Below are positions 41,201 through 56,300 of a DNA stretch of 64,000 bases, one piece after another. The notes beneath the pieces are model-generated. The model saw only the letters and a list, made by a program, of their open reading frames with translations, made no database searches and was not told the origin of the DNA. The position numbers were made by a program, and so were the translations under genes. The stretch is taken from assembly GCA_964016885.1 (NCBI GenBank), contig CAXHJY010001477.1, positions 682,001-746,000 of the forward strand, written 5' to 3'. The DNA is from Eledone cirrhosa. Its lineage: Eukaryota. Position 1 is the stretch's first letter, and each line of letters begins with the position of its first letter.

Positions 41201-44200
41201 ACTTAGATGACAGAAGGACCTGCTAATAAAGTTGAGGAAGAGACACTACCTCTAACTTAGATGACAGAAGGACCTGCTATTGAAGTTGAGGAAGAGACAC
41301 TACCTCCAACTTAGATGACAGAAGGACGTGCTATTGTAGTTGAGGAAGAGACACTACCTCCAACTTAGATGACAGAAGGACGTGCTATTGTAGTTGAGGA
41401 AGAGACACTACCTCCAACTTAGATGACAGAAGGACGTGCTATTGTAGTTGAGGAAGAGACACTACCTCCAACTTAGATGACAGAAGGACCTGCTATTGAA
41501 GGTGAGGAAGAGACACTACCTCCAACTTAGATGACAGAAGGACCTGCTATTGTAGTTGAGGAAGAGACACTACCTCCAACTTAGATGACAGAAGGACCTG
41601 CTATTGAAGTTGAGGAAGAGAGACTACCTCTAACTTAGATGACAGAAGGACCTGCTATTGAAGTTGAGGAAGAGACACTACCTCCAACTTAGATGACAGA
41701 AGGACCTGCTATTGTAGTTGAGGAAGAGACACTACCTCCAACTTAGATGACAGAAGGACCTGCTATTGAAGTTGAGGAAGAGACACTACCTACAACTTAG
41801 ATGACAGAAGGACTATTGAAGGTGAGGAAGAGACACTACCTCCAACTTAGATGACAGAAGGACCTGCTATTGAAGTTGAGGAAGAGACACTACCTACAAC
41901 TTAGATGACAGAAGGACTATTGAAGGTGAGGAAGAGACACTACCTCCAACTTAGATGACAGAAGGACCTGCTATTGAAGTTGAGGAAGAGAGACTACCTC
42001 TAACTTAGATGACAGAAGGACCTGCTATTGAAGTTGAGGAAGAGACACTACCTCCAACTTAGATGACAGAAGGACCTGCTATTGTAGTTGAGGAAGAGAC
42101 ACTACCTCCAACTTAGATGACAGAAGGACCTGCTATTGAAGTTGAGGAAGAGACACTACCTACAACTTAGATGACAGAAGGACTATTGAAGGTGAGGAAG
42201 AGACACTACCTCCAACTTAGATCACAGAAGGACCTGCTATTGAAGGTGAGGAAGAGACACTACCTCCAGCTTAGATGATAGAAGGACCTGCTATTGAAGT
42301 TGAGAAAGAGACAGTACCTCTAACTTAGATGACAGAAGGACCTGCTATTGTAGTTGAGGAAGAGACACTACCTCCAACTTAGATGACAGAAGGACCTGCT
42401 ATTGAAGTTGAGGAAGAGAGACTACCTCTAACTTAGATGACAGAAGGACCTGCTATTGAAGTTGAGGAAGAGACACTACCTCCAACTTAGATGACAGAAG
42501 GACCTGCTATTGTAGTTGAGGAAGAGACACTACCTCCAACTTAGATGACAGAAGGACCTGCTATTGAAGTTGAGGAAGAGACACTACCTACAACTTAGAT
42601 GACAGAAGGACTATTGAAGGTGAGGAAGAGACACTACCTCCAACTTAGATGACAGAAGGACCTGCTATTGAAGTTGAGGAAGAGATACTAACTCCAACTT
42701 AGATGACAGAAGGACTATTGAAGGTGAGGAAGAGACACTACCTCCAACTTAGATGACAGAAGGACCTGCTATTGAAGTTGAGGAAGAGACACTACCTCCA
42801 ACTTAGATGACAGAAGGACCTGCTATTGAAGTTGAGAAAGAGACACTACCTCCAACTTAGATGACAGAAGGACCTGCTATTGAAGTTGAGGAAGAGACAC
42901 TACCTCCACCTTAGATGACAGAAGGACCTGCTATTGAAGTTGAGAAAGAGACACTACCTCCAACTTAGATGACAGAAGGACTATTGAAGTTGAGGAAGAG
43001 ACACTACCTCCAACTTAGATGACAGAAGGACCTGCTATTGAAGTTGAGAAAGAGACACTACCTCCAACTTAGATGACAGAAGGACTATTGAAGGTGAGGA
43101 AGAGACACTACCTCCAACTTAGATGACAGAAGGACCTGCTATTGAAGTTGATGAAGAGATACTAACTCCAACTTAGATGACAGAAGGACTATTGAAGGTG
43201 AGGAAGAGACACTACCTCCAACTTAGATGACAGAAGGACCTGCTATTGAAGTTGAGGAAGAGACACTACCTCCAACTTAGATGACAGAAGGACCTGCTAT
43301 TGAAGTTGAGGAAGAGACACTACCTCTAACTTAGATGACAGAAGGACCTGCTATTGAAGTTGAGGAAGAGACACTACCTCTAACTTAGATGACAGAAGGA
43401 CCTGCTATTGTAGGTGAGGAAGAGACACTACCTCCAACTCAGATGACAGAAGGACGTGCTATTGTAGTTGAGGAAGAGACACTACCTCCAACTTAGATGA
43501 CAGAAGGACGTGCTATTGTAGTTGAGGAAGAGACACTACCTCCAACTTAGATGACAGAAGGACTATTGAAGGTGAGGAAGAGACACTACCTCCAACTTAG
43601 ATGACAGAAGGACCTGCTATTGAAGTTGAGGAAGAGACACTACCTCCAACTTAGATGACAGAAGGACCTGCTATTGAAGTTGAGGAAGAGACACTACCTC
43701 TAACTTAGATGACAGAAGGACCTGCTATTGAAGTTGAGGAAGAGACACTACCTGTAACTTAGATGACAGAAGGACCTGCTATTGTAGTTGAGGAAGAGAC
43801 ACTACCTCCAACTTAGATGACAGAAGGACTATTGAAGTTGCGGAAGAGACACTACCTCTAACTTAGATGACAGAAGGACTATTGAAGATGAGGAAGAGAC
43901 ACTACCTCCAACTTAGATGACAGAAGGACCTGCTATTGTAGTTGAGGAAGAGACACTACCTCCAACTTAGATGACAGAAGGACCTGCTATTGTAGTTGAG
44001 GAAGAGACACTACCTCCAACTTACATGACAGAAGGACCTGCTATTGAAGTCGAGGAAGAGACACTACCTCCAACTTAGATGACAGAAGGACTATTGAAGT
44101 TGAGGAAGAGACACTACTTCCAACTTAGATGACAGAAAGACTAATGAAGGTGAGGAAGAGACACTACCTCCAACTTAGATGACAGAAGGACCTGCTATTG

Positions 44201-47200
44201 AAGTTGAGGAAGAGACACTACCTCCAACTTAGATGACAGAAGGACCTGTTATTGAAGTTGAGGAAGAGACACTACCTCCAACTTAGATGAAAGAAGGACC
44301 TGCTATTGAAGTTGAGGAAGAGACACTACCTCCAACTCAGATGACAGAAGGACCTGCTATTGAAGTTGAGGAAGAGACACTACCTCCAACTTAGATGAAA
44401 AAAGGACATGCTATTGAAGGTGAGGAAAAGACACTACCTCCAACTTAGATGATAGAAGGACCTGCTATTGAAGTTGAGAAAGAGACACTACCTCTAACTT
44501 AGATGACAGAAGGACCTGCTATTGTAGTTGAGGAAGAGACACTACTTCCAACTTAGATGACAGAAGGACCTGCTATTGAAGGTGAGGAAGAGACACTACC
44601 TCTAACTTAGATGACAGAAGGACCTGCTATTGAAGTTGAGGAAGAGACACTACCTCCAACTTAGATGACAGAAGGACCTGCTATTGAAGTTGAGGAAGAG
44701 ACACTACCTCCAACTTAGATGACAGAAGGACCTGCTATTGAACTTGAGGAAGAGACACTACCCCCAACTTAGATGACAGAAGGACTATTGAACTTAAGGA
44801 AGAGACACTACCTCCAACTTAGATTACAGAAGGACCTTCTATTGAAGTTGAGGAAGAGACACTACCTCCAACTTAGATGACAGAAGGACCTGCTATTGAA
44901 GTTGAGGAAGAGACACTACCTCCAACTTAGATGACAGAAGGACCTGCTATTGAACTTGAGGAAGAGACACTACCCCCAACTTAGAGGACAGAAGGACTAT
45001 TGAACTTAAGGAAGAGACACTACCTCCAACTTAGTTTACAGAAGGACCTTCTATCGAAGTTGAGGAAGAGACACTACCTCCAACTTAGATGACAGAAGGA
45101 CCTGCTATTGTAGATGAGGAAGAGACACTACCTCCAACTTAGATGACAGAAGGACCTGCTATTGAAGTTGAGGAAGAGACACTACCTCCAACTTAGATGA
45201 CAGAAGGACCTGCTATTGAAGTTGAGGAAGAGACACTACCTCCAACTTAGATGACAGAAGGACCTGCTATTGAAGTTGAGAAAGAGACACTACCTCCAAC
45301 TTAGATGACAGAAGGACTATTGAAGTTGAGAAAGAGACACTACCTCCAACTTAGATGACAGAAGGACTATTGAAGGTGAGGAAGAGACACTACCTCCAAC
45401 TTAGATCACAGAAGGACCTGCTATTGAAGGTGAGGAAGAGACACTACCTCCAGCTTAGATGATAGAAGGACCTGCTATTGAAGTTGAGAAAGAGACAGTA
45501 CCTCTAACTTAGATGACAGAAGGACCTGCTATTGTAGTTGAGGAAGAGACACTACCTCCAACTTAGATGACAGAAGGACCTGCTATTGAAGGTGAGGAAG
45601 AGACACTACCTCTAACTTAGATGACAGAAGGACCTGCTATTGAAGTTGAGGAAGAGACACTACCTCAAACTTAGATGACAGAAGGACTATTGAACTTAAG
45701 GAAGAGACACTACCTCCAACTTAGATTACAGAAGGACCTTCTATTGAAGTTGAAGAAGAGACACTACCTCCAACTTAGATGACAGAAGGACCTGCTATTG
45801 AAGTTGAGGAAGAGACACTACCTACAACTTAGATGACAGAAGGACCTGCTATTGAAGTTGAGGAAGAGACACTACCTCCAACTTAGATGACAGAAGGACC
45901 TGCTATTGTAGTTGTGGAAGAGACACTACCTCCAACTTAGATGACACAAGGACCTGCTATTGTAGGTGAGGAAGAGACACTACCTCCAACTTAGATGACA
46001 GAAGGACCTGCTATTGAAGTTGAGAAAGAGACACTACCTCCAACTTAGATGACAGAAGGACCTGCTATTGAAGTTGAGGAAGAGACACTACCTCCACCTT
46101 AGATGACAGAAGGACCTGCTATTGAAGTTGAGAAAGAGACACTACCTCCAACTTAGATGACAGAAGGACTATTGAAGTTGAGGAAGAGACACTACCTCCA
46201 ACTTAGATGACAGAAGGACCTGCTATTGAAGTTGAGAAAGAGACACTACCTCCAACTTAGATGACAGAAGGACTATTGAAGGTGAGGAAGAGACACTACC
46301 TCCAACTTAGATGACAGAAGGACCTGCTATTGAAGTTGAGGAAGAGATACTAACTCCAACTTAGATGACAGAAGGACTATTGAAGGTGAGGAAGAGACAC
46401 TACCTCCAACTTAGATGACAGAAGGACCTGCTATTGAAGTTGAGGAAGAGACACTACCTCCAACTTAGATGACAGAAGGACCTGCTAATAAAGTTGAGGA
46501 AGAGACGCTACCTCTAACTTAGATGACAGAAGGACCTGCTATTGAAGTTGAGGAAGAGACACTACCTCCAACTTAGATGACAGAAGGACGTGCTATTGTA
46601 GTTGAGGAAGAGACACTACCTCCAACTTAGATGACAGAAGGACGTGCTATTGTAGTTGAGGAAGAGACACTACCTCCAACTTAGATGACAGAAGGACGTG
46701 CTATTGTAGTTGAGGAAGAGACACTACCTCCAACTTAGATGACAGAAGGACCTGCTATTGAAGGTGAGGAAGAGACACTACCTCCAACTTAGATGACAGA
46801 AGGACCTGCTATTGTAGTTGAGGAAGAGACACTACCTCCAACTTAGATGACAGAAGGACCTGCTATTGAAGTTGAGGAAGAGAGACTACCTCTAACTTAG
46901 ATGACAGAAGGACCTGCTATTGAAGTTGAGGAAGAGACACTACCTCCAACTTAGATGACAGAAGGACCTGCTATTGTAGTTGAGGAAGAGACACTACCTC
47001 CAACTTAGATGACAGAAGGACCTGCTATTGAAGTTGAGGAAGAGACACTACCTACAACTTAGATGACAGAAGGACTATTGAAGGTGAGGAAGAGACACTA
47101 CCTCCAACTTAGATGACAGAAGGACCTGCTATTGAAGTTGAGGAAGAGACACTACCTACAACTTAGATGACAGAAGGACTATTGAAGGTGAGGAAGAGAC

Positions 47201-48822
47201 ACTACCTCCAACTTAGATGACAGAAGGACCTGCTATTGAAGTTGAGGAAGAGAGACTACCTCTAACTTAGATGACAGAAGGACCTGCTATTGAAGTTGAG
47301 GAAGAGACACTACCTCCAACTTAGATGACAGAAGGACCTGCTATTGTAGTTGAGGAAGAGACACTACCTCCAACTTAGATGACAGAAGGACCTGCTATTG
47401 AAGTTGAGGAAGAGACACTACCTACAACTTAGATGACAGAAGGACTATTGAAGGTGAGGAAGAGACACTACCTCCAACTTAGATCACAGAAGGACCTGCT
47501 ATTGAAGGTGAGGAAGAGACACTACCTCCAGCTTAGATGATAGAAGGACCTGCTATTGAAGTTGAGAAAGAGACAGTACCTCTAACTTAGATGACAGAAG
47601 GACCTGCTATTGTAGTTGAGGAAGAGACACTACCTCCAACTTAGATGACAGAAGGACCTGCTATTGAAGTTGAGGAAGAGAGACTACCTCTAACTTAGAT
47701 GACAGAAGGACCTGCTATTGAAGTTGAGGAAGAGACACTACCTCCAACTTAGATGACAGAAGGACCTGCTATTGTAGTTGAGGAAGAGACACTACCTCCA
47801 ACTTAGATGACAGAAGGACCTGCTATTGAAGTTGAGGAAGAGACACTACCTACAACTTAGATGACAGAAGGACTATTGAAGGTGAGGAAGAGACACTACC
47901 TCCAACTTAGATGACAGAAGGACCTGCTATTGAAGTTGAGGAAGAGATACTAACTCCAACTTAGATGACAGAAGGACTATTGAAGGTGAGGAAGAGACAC
48001 TACCTCCAACTTAGATGACAGAAGGACCTGCTATTGAAGTTGAGGAAGAGACACTACCTCCAACTTAGATGACAGAAGGACCTGCTATTGAAGTTGAGAA
48101 AGAGACACTACCTCCAACTTAGATGACAGAAGGACCTGCTATTGAAGTTGAGGAAGAGACACTACCTCCACCTTAGATGACAGAAGAACCTGCTATTGAA
48201 GTTGAGAAAGAGACACTACCTCCAACTTAGATGACAGAAGGACTATTGAAGTTGAGGAAGAGACACTACCTCCAACTTAGATGACAGAAGGACCTGCTAT
48301 TGAAGTTGAGAAAGAGACACTACCTCCAACTTAGATGACAGAAGGACTATTGAAGGTGAGGAAGAGACACTACCTCCAACTTAGATGACAGAAGGACCTG
48401 CTATTGAAGTTGATGAAGAGATACTAACTCCAACTTAGATGACAGAAGGACTATTGAAGGTGAGGAAGAGACACTACCTCCAACTTAGATGACAGAAGGA
48501 CCTGCTATTGAAGTTGAGGAAGAGACACTACCTCCAACTTAGATGACAGAAGGACCTGCTATTGAAGTTGAGGAAGAGACACTACCTCTAACTTAGATGA
48601 CAGAAGGACCTGCTATTGAAGTTGAGGAAGAGACACTACCTCTAACTTAGATGACAGAAGGACCTGCTATTGTAGGTGAGGAAGAGACACTACCTCCAAC
48701 TCAGATGACAGAAGGACGTGCTATTGTAGTTGAGGAAGAGACACTACCTCCAACTTAGATGACAGAAGGACGTGCTATTGTAGTTGAGGAAGAGACACTA
48801 CCTCCAACTTAGATGACAGAAG
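38281..48822 (+). repeat. Higher-order tandem duplication, period 5262 bp (99 monomers by arithmetic), two copies
   Basis: Offset 5262 holds for TGTAACTT 38491/43753, CAGAAAGACT 38871/44133, AGATGAAAAA 39131/44393, GACACAAGG 40681/45943 and TGCTAATAAA 41221/46483. I noticed four point differences between the copies. Confidence 0.92.
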
Positions 48823-51800
48823 GACCTGCTATTGAAGGTGAGGAAGAGACACTACCTCCAACTTAGATGACAGAAGGACCTGCTATTGAAGTTGAGGAAG
48901 AGACACTACCTCTAACTTAGATGACAGAAGGACCTGCTATTGTAGGTGAGGAAGAGACACTACCTCCAACTCAGATGACAGAAGGACGTGCTATTGTAGG
49001 TGAGGAAGAGACACTACCTCCAACTTAGATGACAGAAGGACGTGCTATTGTAGTTGAGGAAGAGACACTACCTCCAACTTAGATGACAGAAGGACCTGCT
49101 ATTGAAGGTGAGGAAGAGACACTACCTCCAACTTAGATGACAGAAGGACCTGCTATTGAAGTTGAGGAAGAGACACTACCTCCAACTTAGATGACAGAAG
49201 GACCTGCTATTGAAGTTGAGGAAGAGACACTACCTCCAACTTAGATCACAGAAGGACCTGCTATTGAAGTCGAGGAAGAGACACTACCTCCAACTTAGAT
49301 GACAGAAGGACCTGCTATTGAAGTCGAGGAAGAGACACTACCTCCAACTTAGATGACAGAAGGACCTGCTATTGAAGTTGAAGAAGAGACACTACCTCCA
49401 ACTTAGATGACAGAAGGACCTGCTATTGAAGTTGAAGAAGAGACACTACCTCCAACTTAGATGACAGAAGGACCTGCTATTGAAGGTGAGGAAGAGACAC
49501 TACCTCCAACTTAGATGACAGAAGGACGTGCTATTGTAGTTGAGGAAGAGACACTACCTCCAACTTAGATGACAGAAGGACGTGCTATTGTAGTTGAGGA
49601 AGAGACACTACCTCCAACTTAGATGACAGAAGGACCTGCTATTGTAGTTGAGGAAGAGACACTACCTCCAACTTAGATGACAGAAGGACGTGCTATTGTA
49701 GTTGAGGAAGAGACACTACCTCCAACTTAGATGACAGAAGGACCTGCTATTGTAGTTGAGGAAGAGACACTACCTCCAACTTAGATGACAGAAGGACGTG
49801 CTATTGTAGTTGAGGAAGAGACACTACCTCCAACTTAGATGACAGAAGGACCTGCTATTGTAGTTGAGGAAGAGACACTACCTCCAACTTAGATGACAGA
49901 AGGACGTGCTATTGTAGTTGAGGAAGAGACACTACCTCCAACTTAGATGACAGAAGGACCTGCTATTGTAGTTGAGGAAGAGACACTACCTCCAACTTAG
50001 ATGACAGAAGGACGTGCTATTGTAGTTGAGGAAGAGACACTACCTCCAACTTAGATGACAGAAGGACCTGCTATTGAAGTTGAGGAAGAGACACTACCTC
50101 CAACTCAGATGACAGAAGGACCTGCTATTGAAGTTGAGGAAGAGACACTACCTCCAACTTAGATGACAGAAGGACGTGCTATTGTAGTTGAGGAAGAGAC
50201 ACTACCTCCAACTTAGATGACAGAAGGACGTGCTATTGTAGTTGAGGAAGAGACACTACCTCCAACTTAGATGACAGAAGGACCTGCTATTGAAGGTGAG
50301 GAAGAGACACTACCTCCAACTTAGATGACAGAAGGACCTGCTATTGTAGTTGAGGAAGAGACACTACCTCCAACTTAGATGACAGAAGGACCTGCTATTG
50401 AAGTTGAGGAAGAGAGACTACCTCTAACTTAGATGACAGAAGGACCTGCTATTGAAGTTGAGGAAGAGACACTACCTCCAACTTAGATGACAGAAGGACC
50501 TGCTATTGTAGTTGAGGAAGAGACACTACCTCCAACTTAGATGACAGAAGGACCTGCTATTGAAGTTGAGGAAGAGACACTACCTACAACTTAGATGACA
50601 GAAGGACTATTGAAGGTGAGGAAGAGACACTACCTCCAACTTAGATGACAGAAGGACCTGCTATTGAAGTTGAGGAAGAGATACTAACTCCAACTTAGAT
50701 GACAGAAGGACTATTGAAGGTGAGGAAGAGACACTACCTCCAACTTAGATGACAGAAGGACCTGCTATTGAAGTTGAGGAAGAGACACTACCTCCAACTT
50801 AGATGACAGAAGGACCTGCTATTGAAGTTGAGGAAGAGACACTACCTATAACTTAGATGACAGAAGGACCTGCTATTGAAGTTGAGGAAGAGACACTACC
50901 TGTAACTTAGATGACAGAAGGACCTGCTATTGTAGTTGAGGAAGAGACACTACCTCCAACTTAGATGACAGAAGGACTATTGAAGTTGCGGAAGAGACAC
51001 TACCTCTAACTTAGATGACAGAAGGACTATTGAAGATGAGGAAGAGACACTACCTCCAACTTAGATGACAGAAGGACCTGCTATTGTAGTTGAGGAAGAG
51101 ACACTACCTCCAACTTAGATGACACAAGGACCTGCTATTGTAGGTGAGGAAGAGACACTACCTCCAACTTAGATGACAGAAGGACCTGCTATTGAAGTTG
51201 AGAAAGAGACACTACCTCCAACTTAGATGACAGAAGGACCTGCTATTGAAGTTGAGGAAGAGACACTACCTCCACCTTAGATGACAGAAGGACCTGCTAT
51301 TGAAGTTGAGAAAGAGACACTACCTCCAACTTAGATGACAGAAGGACTATTGAAGTTGAGGAAGAGACACTACCTCCAACTTAGATGACAGAAGGACCTG
51401 CTATTGAAGTTGAGAAAGAGACACTACCTCCAACTTAGATGACAGAAGGACTATTGAAGGTGAGGAAGAGACACTACCTCCAACTTAGATGACAGAAGGA
51501 CCTGCTATTGAAGTTGAGGAAGAGATACTAACTCCAACTTAGATGACAGAAGGACTATTGAAGGTGAGGAAGAGACACTACCTCCAACTTAGATGACAGA
51601 AGGACCTGCTATTGAAGTTGAGGAAGAGACACTACCTCCAACTTAGATGACAGAAGGACCTGCTAATAAAGTTGAGGAAGAGACGCTACCTCTAACTTAG
51701 ATGACAGAAGGACCTGCTATTGAAGTTGAGGAAGAGACACTACCTCCAACTTAGATGACAGAAGGACGTGCTATTGTAGTTGAGGAAGAGACACTACCTC

Positions 51801-54800
51801 CAACTTAGATGACAGAAGGACGTGCTATTGTAGTTGAGGAAGAGACACTACCTCCAACTTAGATGACAGAAGGACGTGCTATTGTAGTTGAGGAAGAGAC
51901 ACTACCTCCAACTTAGATGACAGAAGGACCTGCTATTGAAGGTGAGGAAGAGACACTACCTCCAACTTAGATGACAGAAGGACCTGCTATTGTAGTTGAG
52001 GAAGAGACACTACCTCCAACTTAGATGACAGAAGGACCTGCTATTGAAGTTGAGGAAGAGAGACTACCTCTAACTTAGATGACAGAAGGACCTGCTATTG
52101 AAGTTGAGGAAGAGACACTACCTCCAACTTAGATGACAGAAGGACCTGCTATTGTAGTTGAGGAAGAGACACTACCTCCAACTTAGATGACAGAAGGACC
52201 TGCTATTGAAGTTGAGGAAGAGACACTACCTACAACTTAGATGACAGAAGGACTATTGAAGGTGAGGAAGAGACACTACCTCCAACTTAGATGACAGAAG
52301 GACCTGCTATTGAAGTTGAGGAAGAGACACTACCTACAACTTAGATGACAGAAGGACTATTGAAGGTGAGGAAGAGACACTACCTCCAACTTAGATGACA
52401 GAAGGACCTGCTATTGAAGTTGAGGAAGAGAGACTACCTCTAACTTAGATGACAGAAGGACCTGCTATTGAAGTTGAGGAAGAGACACTACCTCCAACTT
52501 AGATGACAGAAGGACCTGCTATTGTAGTTGAGGAAGAGACACTACCTCCAACTTAGATGACAGAAGGACCTGCTATTGAAGTTGAGGAAGAGACACTACC
52601 TACAACTTAGATGACAGAAGGACTATTGAAGGTGAGGAAGAGACACTACCTCCAACTTAGATCACAGAAGGACCTGCTATTGAAGGTGAGGAAGAGACAC
52701 TACCTCCAGCTTAGATGATAGAAGGACCTGCTATTGAAGTTGAGAAAGAGACAGTACCTCTAACTTAGATGACAGAAGGACCTGCTATTGTAGTTGAGGA
52801 AGAGACACTACCTCCAACTTAGATGACAGAAGGACCTGCTATTGAAGTTGAGGAAGAGAGACTACCTCTAACTTAGATGACAGAAGGACCTGCTATTGAA
52901 GTTGAGGAAGAGACACTACCTCCAACTTAGATGACAGAAGGACCTGCTATTGTAGTTGAGGAAGAGACACTACCTCCAACTTAGATGACAGAAGGACCTG
53001 CTATTGAAGTTGAGGAAGAGACACTACCTACAACTTAGATGACAGAAGGACTATTGAAGGTGAGGAAGAGACACTACCTCCAACTTAGATGACAGAAGGA
53101 CCTGCTATTGAAGTTGAGGAAGAGATACTAACTCCAACTTAGATGACAGAAGGACTATTGAAGGTGAGGAAGAGACACTACCTCCAACTTAGATGACAGA
53201 AGGACCTGCTATTGAAGTTGAGGAAGAGACACTACCTCCAACTTAGATGACAGAAGGACCTGCTATTGAAGTTGAGAAAGAGACACTACCTCCAACTTAG
53301 ATGACAGAAGGACCTGCTATTGAAGTTGAGGAAGAGACACTACCTCCACCTTAGATGACAGAAGAACCTGCTATTGAAGTTGAGAAAGAGACACTACCTC
53401 CAACTTAGATGACAGAAGGACTATTGAAGTTGAGGAAGAGACACTACCTCCAACTTAGATGACAGAAGGACCTGCTATTGAAGTTGAGAAAGAGACACTA
53501 CCTCCAACTTAGATGACAGAAGGACTATTGAAGGTGAGGAAGAGACACTACCTCCAACTTAGATGACAGAAGGACCTGCTATTGAAGTTGATGAAGAGAT
53601 ACTAACTCCAACTTAGATGACAGAAGGACTATTGAAGGTGAGGAAGAGACACTACCTCCAACTTAGATGACAGAAGGACCTGCTATTGAAGTTGAGGAAG
53701 AGACACTACCTCCAACTTAGATGACAGAAGGACCTGCTATTGAAGTTGAGGAAGAGACACTACCTCTAACTTAGATGACAGAAGGACCTGCTATTGAAGT
53801 TGAGGAAGAGACACTACCTCTAACTTAGATGACAGAAGGACCTGCTATTGTAGGTGAGGAAGAGACACTACCTCCAACTCAGATGACAGAAGGACGTGCT
53901 ATTGTAGTTGAGGAAGAGACACTACCTCCAACTTAGATGACAGAAGGACGTGCTATTGTAGTTGAGGAAGAGACACTACCTCCAACTTAGATGACAGAAG
54001 GACCTGCTATTGAAGGTGAGGAAGAGACACTACCTCCAACTTAGATGACAGAAGGACCTGCTATTGAAGTTGAGGAAGAGACACTACCTCTAACTTAGAT
54101 GACAGAAGGACCTGCTATTGTAGGTGAGGAAGAGACACTACCTCCAACTCAGATGACAGAAGGACGTGCTATTGTAGGTGAGGAAGAGACACTACCTCCA
54201 ACTTAGATGACAGAAGGACGTGCTATTGTAGTTGAGGAAGAGACACTACCTCCAACTTAGATGACAGAAGGACCTGCTATTGAAGGTGAGGAAGAGACAC
54301 TACCTCCAACTTAGATGACAGAAGGACCTGCTATTGAAGTTGAGGAAGAGACACTACCTCCAACTTAGATGACAGAAGGACCTGCTATTGAAGTTGAGGA
54401 AGAGACACTACCTCCAACTTAGATCACAGAAGGACCTGCTATTGAAGTCGAGGAAGAGACACTACCTCCAACTTAGATGACAGAAGGACCTGCTATTGAA
54501 GTCGAGGAAGAGACACTACCTCCAACTTAGATGACAGAAGGACCTGCTATTGAAGTTGAAGAAGAGACACTACCTCCAACTTAGATGACAGAAGGACCTG
54601 CTATTGAAGTTGAAGAAGAGACACTACCTCCAACTTAGATGACAGAAGGACCTGCTATTGAAGGTGAGGAAGAGACACTACCTCCAACTTAGATGACAGA
54701 AGGACGTGCTATTGTAGTTGAGGAAGAGACACTACCTCCAACTTAGATGACAGAAGGACGTGCTATTGTAGTTGAGGAAGAGACACTACCTCCAACTTAG

Positions 54801-56300
54801 ATGACAGAAGGACCTGCTATTGTAGTTGAGGAAGAGACACTACCTCCAACTTAGATGACAGAAGGACGTGCTATTGTAGTTGAGGAAGAGACACTACCTC
54901 CAACTTAGATGACAGAAGGACCTGCTATTGTAGTTGAGGAAGAGACACTACCTCCAACTTAGATGACAGAAGGACGTGCTATTGTAGTTGAGGAAGAGAC
55001 ACTACCTCCAACTTAGATGACAGAAGGACCTGCTATTGTAGTTGAGGAAGAGACACTACCTCCAACTTAGATGACAGAAGGACGTGCTATTGTAGTTGAG
55101 GAAGAGACACTACCTCCAACTTAGATGACAGAAGGACCTGCTATTGTAGTTGAGGAAGAGACACTACCTCCAACTTAGATGACAGAAGGACGTGCTATTG
55201 TAGTTGAGGAAGAGACACTACCTCCAACTTAGATGACAGAAGGACCTGCTATTGAAGTTGAGGAAGAGACACTACCTCCAACTCAGATGACAGAAGGACC
55301 TGCTATTGAAGTTGAGGAAGAGACACTACCTCCAACTTAGATGACAGAAGGACGTGCTATTGTAGTTGAGGAAGAGACACTACCTCCAACTTAGATGACA
55401 GAAGGACGTGCTATTGTAGTTGAGGAAGAGACACTACCTCCAACTTAGATGACAGAAGGACCTGCTATTGAAGGTGAGGAAGAGACACTACCTCCAACTT
55501 AGATGACAGAAGGACCTGCTATTGTAGTTGAGGAAGAGACACTACCTCCAACTTAGATGACAGAAGGACCTGCTATTGAAGTTGAGGAAGAGAGACTACC
55601 TCTAACTTAGATGACAGAAGGACCTGCTATTGAAGTTGAGGAAGAGACACTACCTCCAACTTAGATGACAGAAGGACCTGCTATTGTAGTTGAGGAAGAG
55701 ACACTACCTCCAACTTAGATGACAGAAGGACCTGCTATTGAAGTTGAGGAAGAGACACTACCTACAACTTAGATGACAGAAGGACTATTGAAGGTGAGGA
55801 AGAGACACTACCTCCAACTTAGATGACAGAAGGACCTGCTATTGAAGTTGAGGAAGAGATACTAACTCCAACTTAGATGACAGAAGGACTATTGAAGGTG
55901 AGGAAGAGACACTACCTCCAACTTAGATGACAGAAGGACCTGCTATTGAAGTTGAGGAAGAGACACTACCTCCAACTTAGATGACAGAAGGACCTGCTAT
56001 TGAAGTTGAGGAAGAGACACTACCTATAACTTAGATGACAGAAGGACCTGCTATTGAAGTTGAGGAAGAGACACTACCTGTAACTTAGATGACAGAAGGA
56101 CCTGCTATTGTAGTTGAGGAAGAGACACTACCTCCAACTTAGATGACAGAAGGACTATTGAAGTTGCGGAAGAGACACTACCTCTAACTTAGATGACAGA
56201 AGGACTATTGAAGATGAGGAAGAGACACTACCTCCAACTTAGATGACAGAAGGACCTGCTATTGTAGTTGAGGAAGAGACACTACCTCCAACTTAGATGA
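45916..56300 (+). repeat. Higher-order tandem duplication, period 5178 bp (97 monomers by arithmetic), two copies, overlapping the 5262-bp duplication
   Basis: Offset 5178 holds for GACACAAGG 45943/51121, AGAGACGCTA 46501/51679, CAGAAGAACC 48181/53359 and ACTACCTATA 50841/56019. Confidence 0.92.
49545..50040 (+). repeat. 108-bp dimer run (alternating GGACGTG / GGACCTG monomers, all carrying TGTAGTT); second copy at ~54723-55218
   Basis: CGTG and CCTG monomers alternate strictly for about nine consecutive monomers. Confidence 0.8.
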
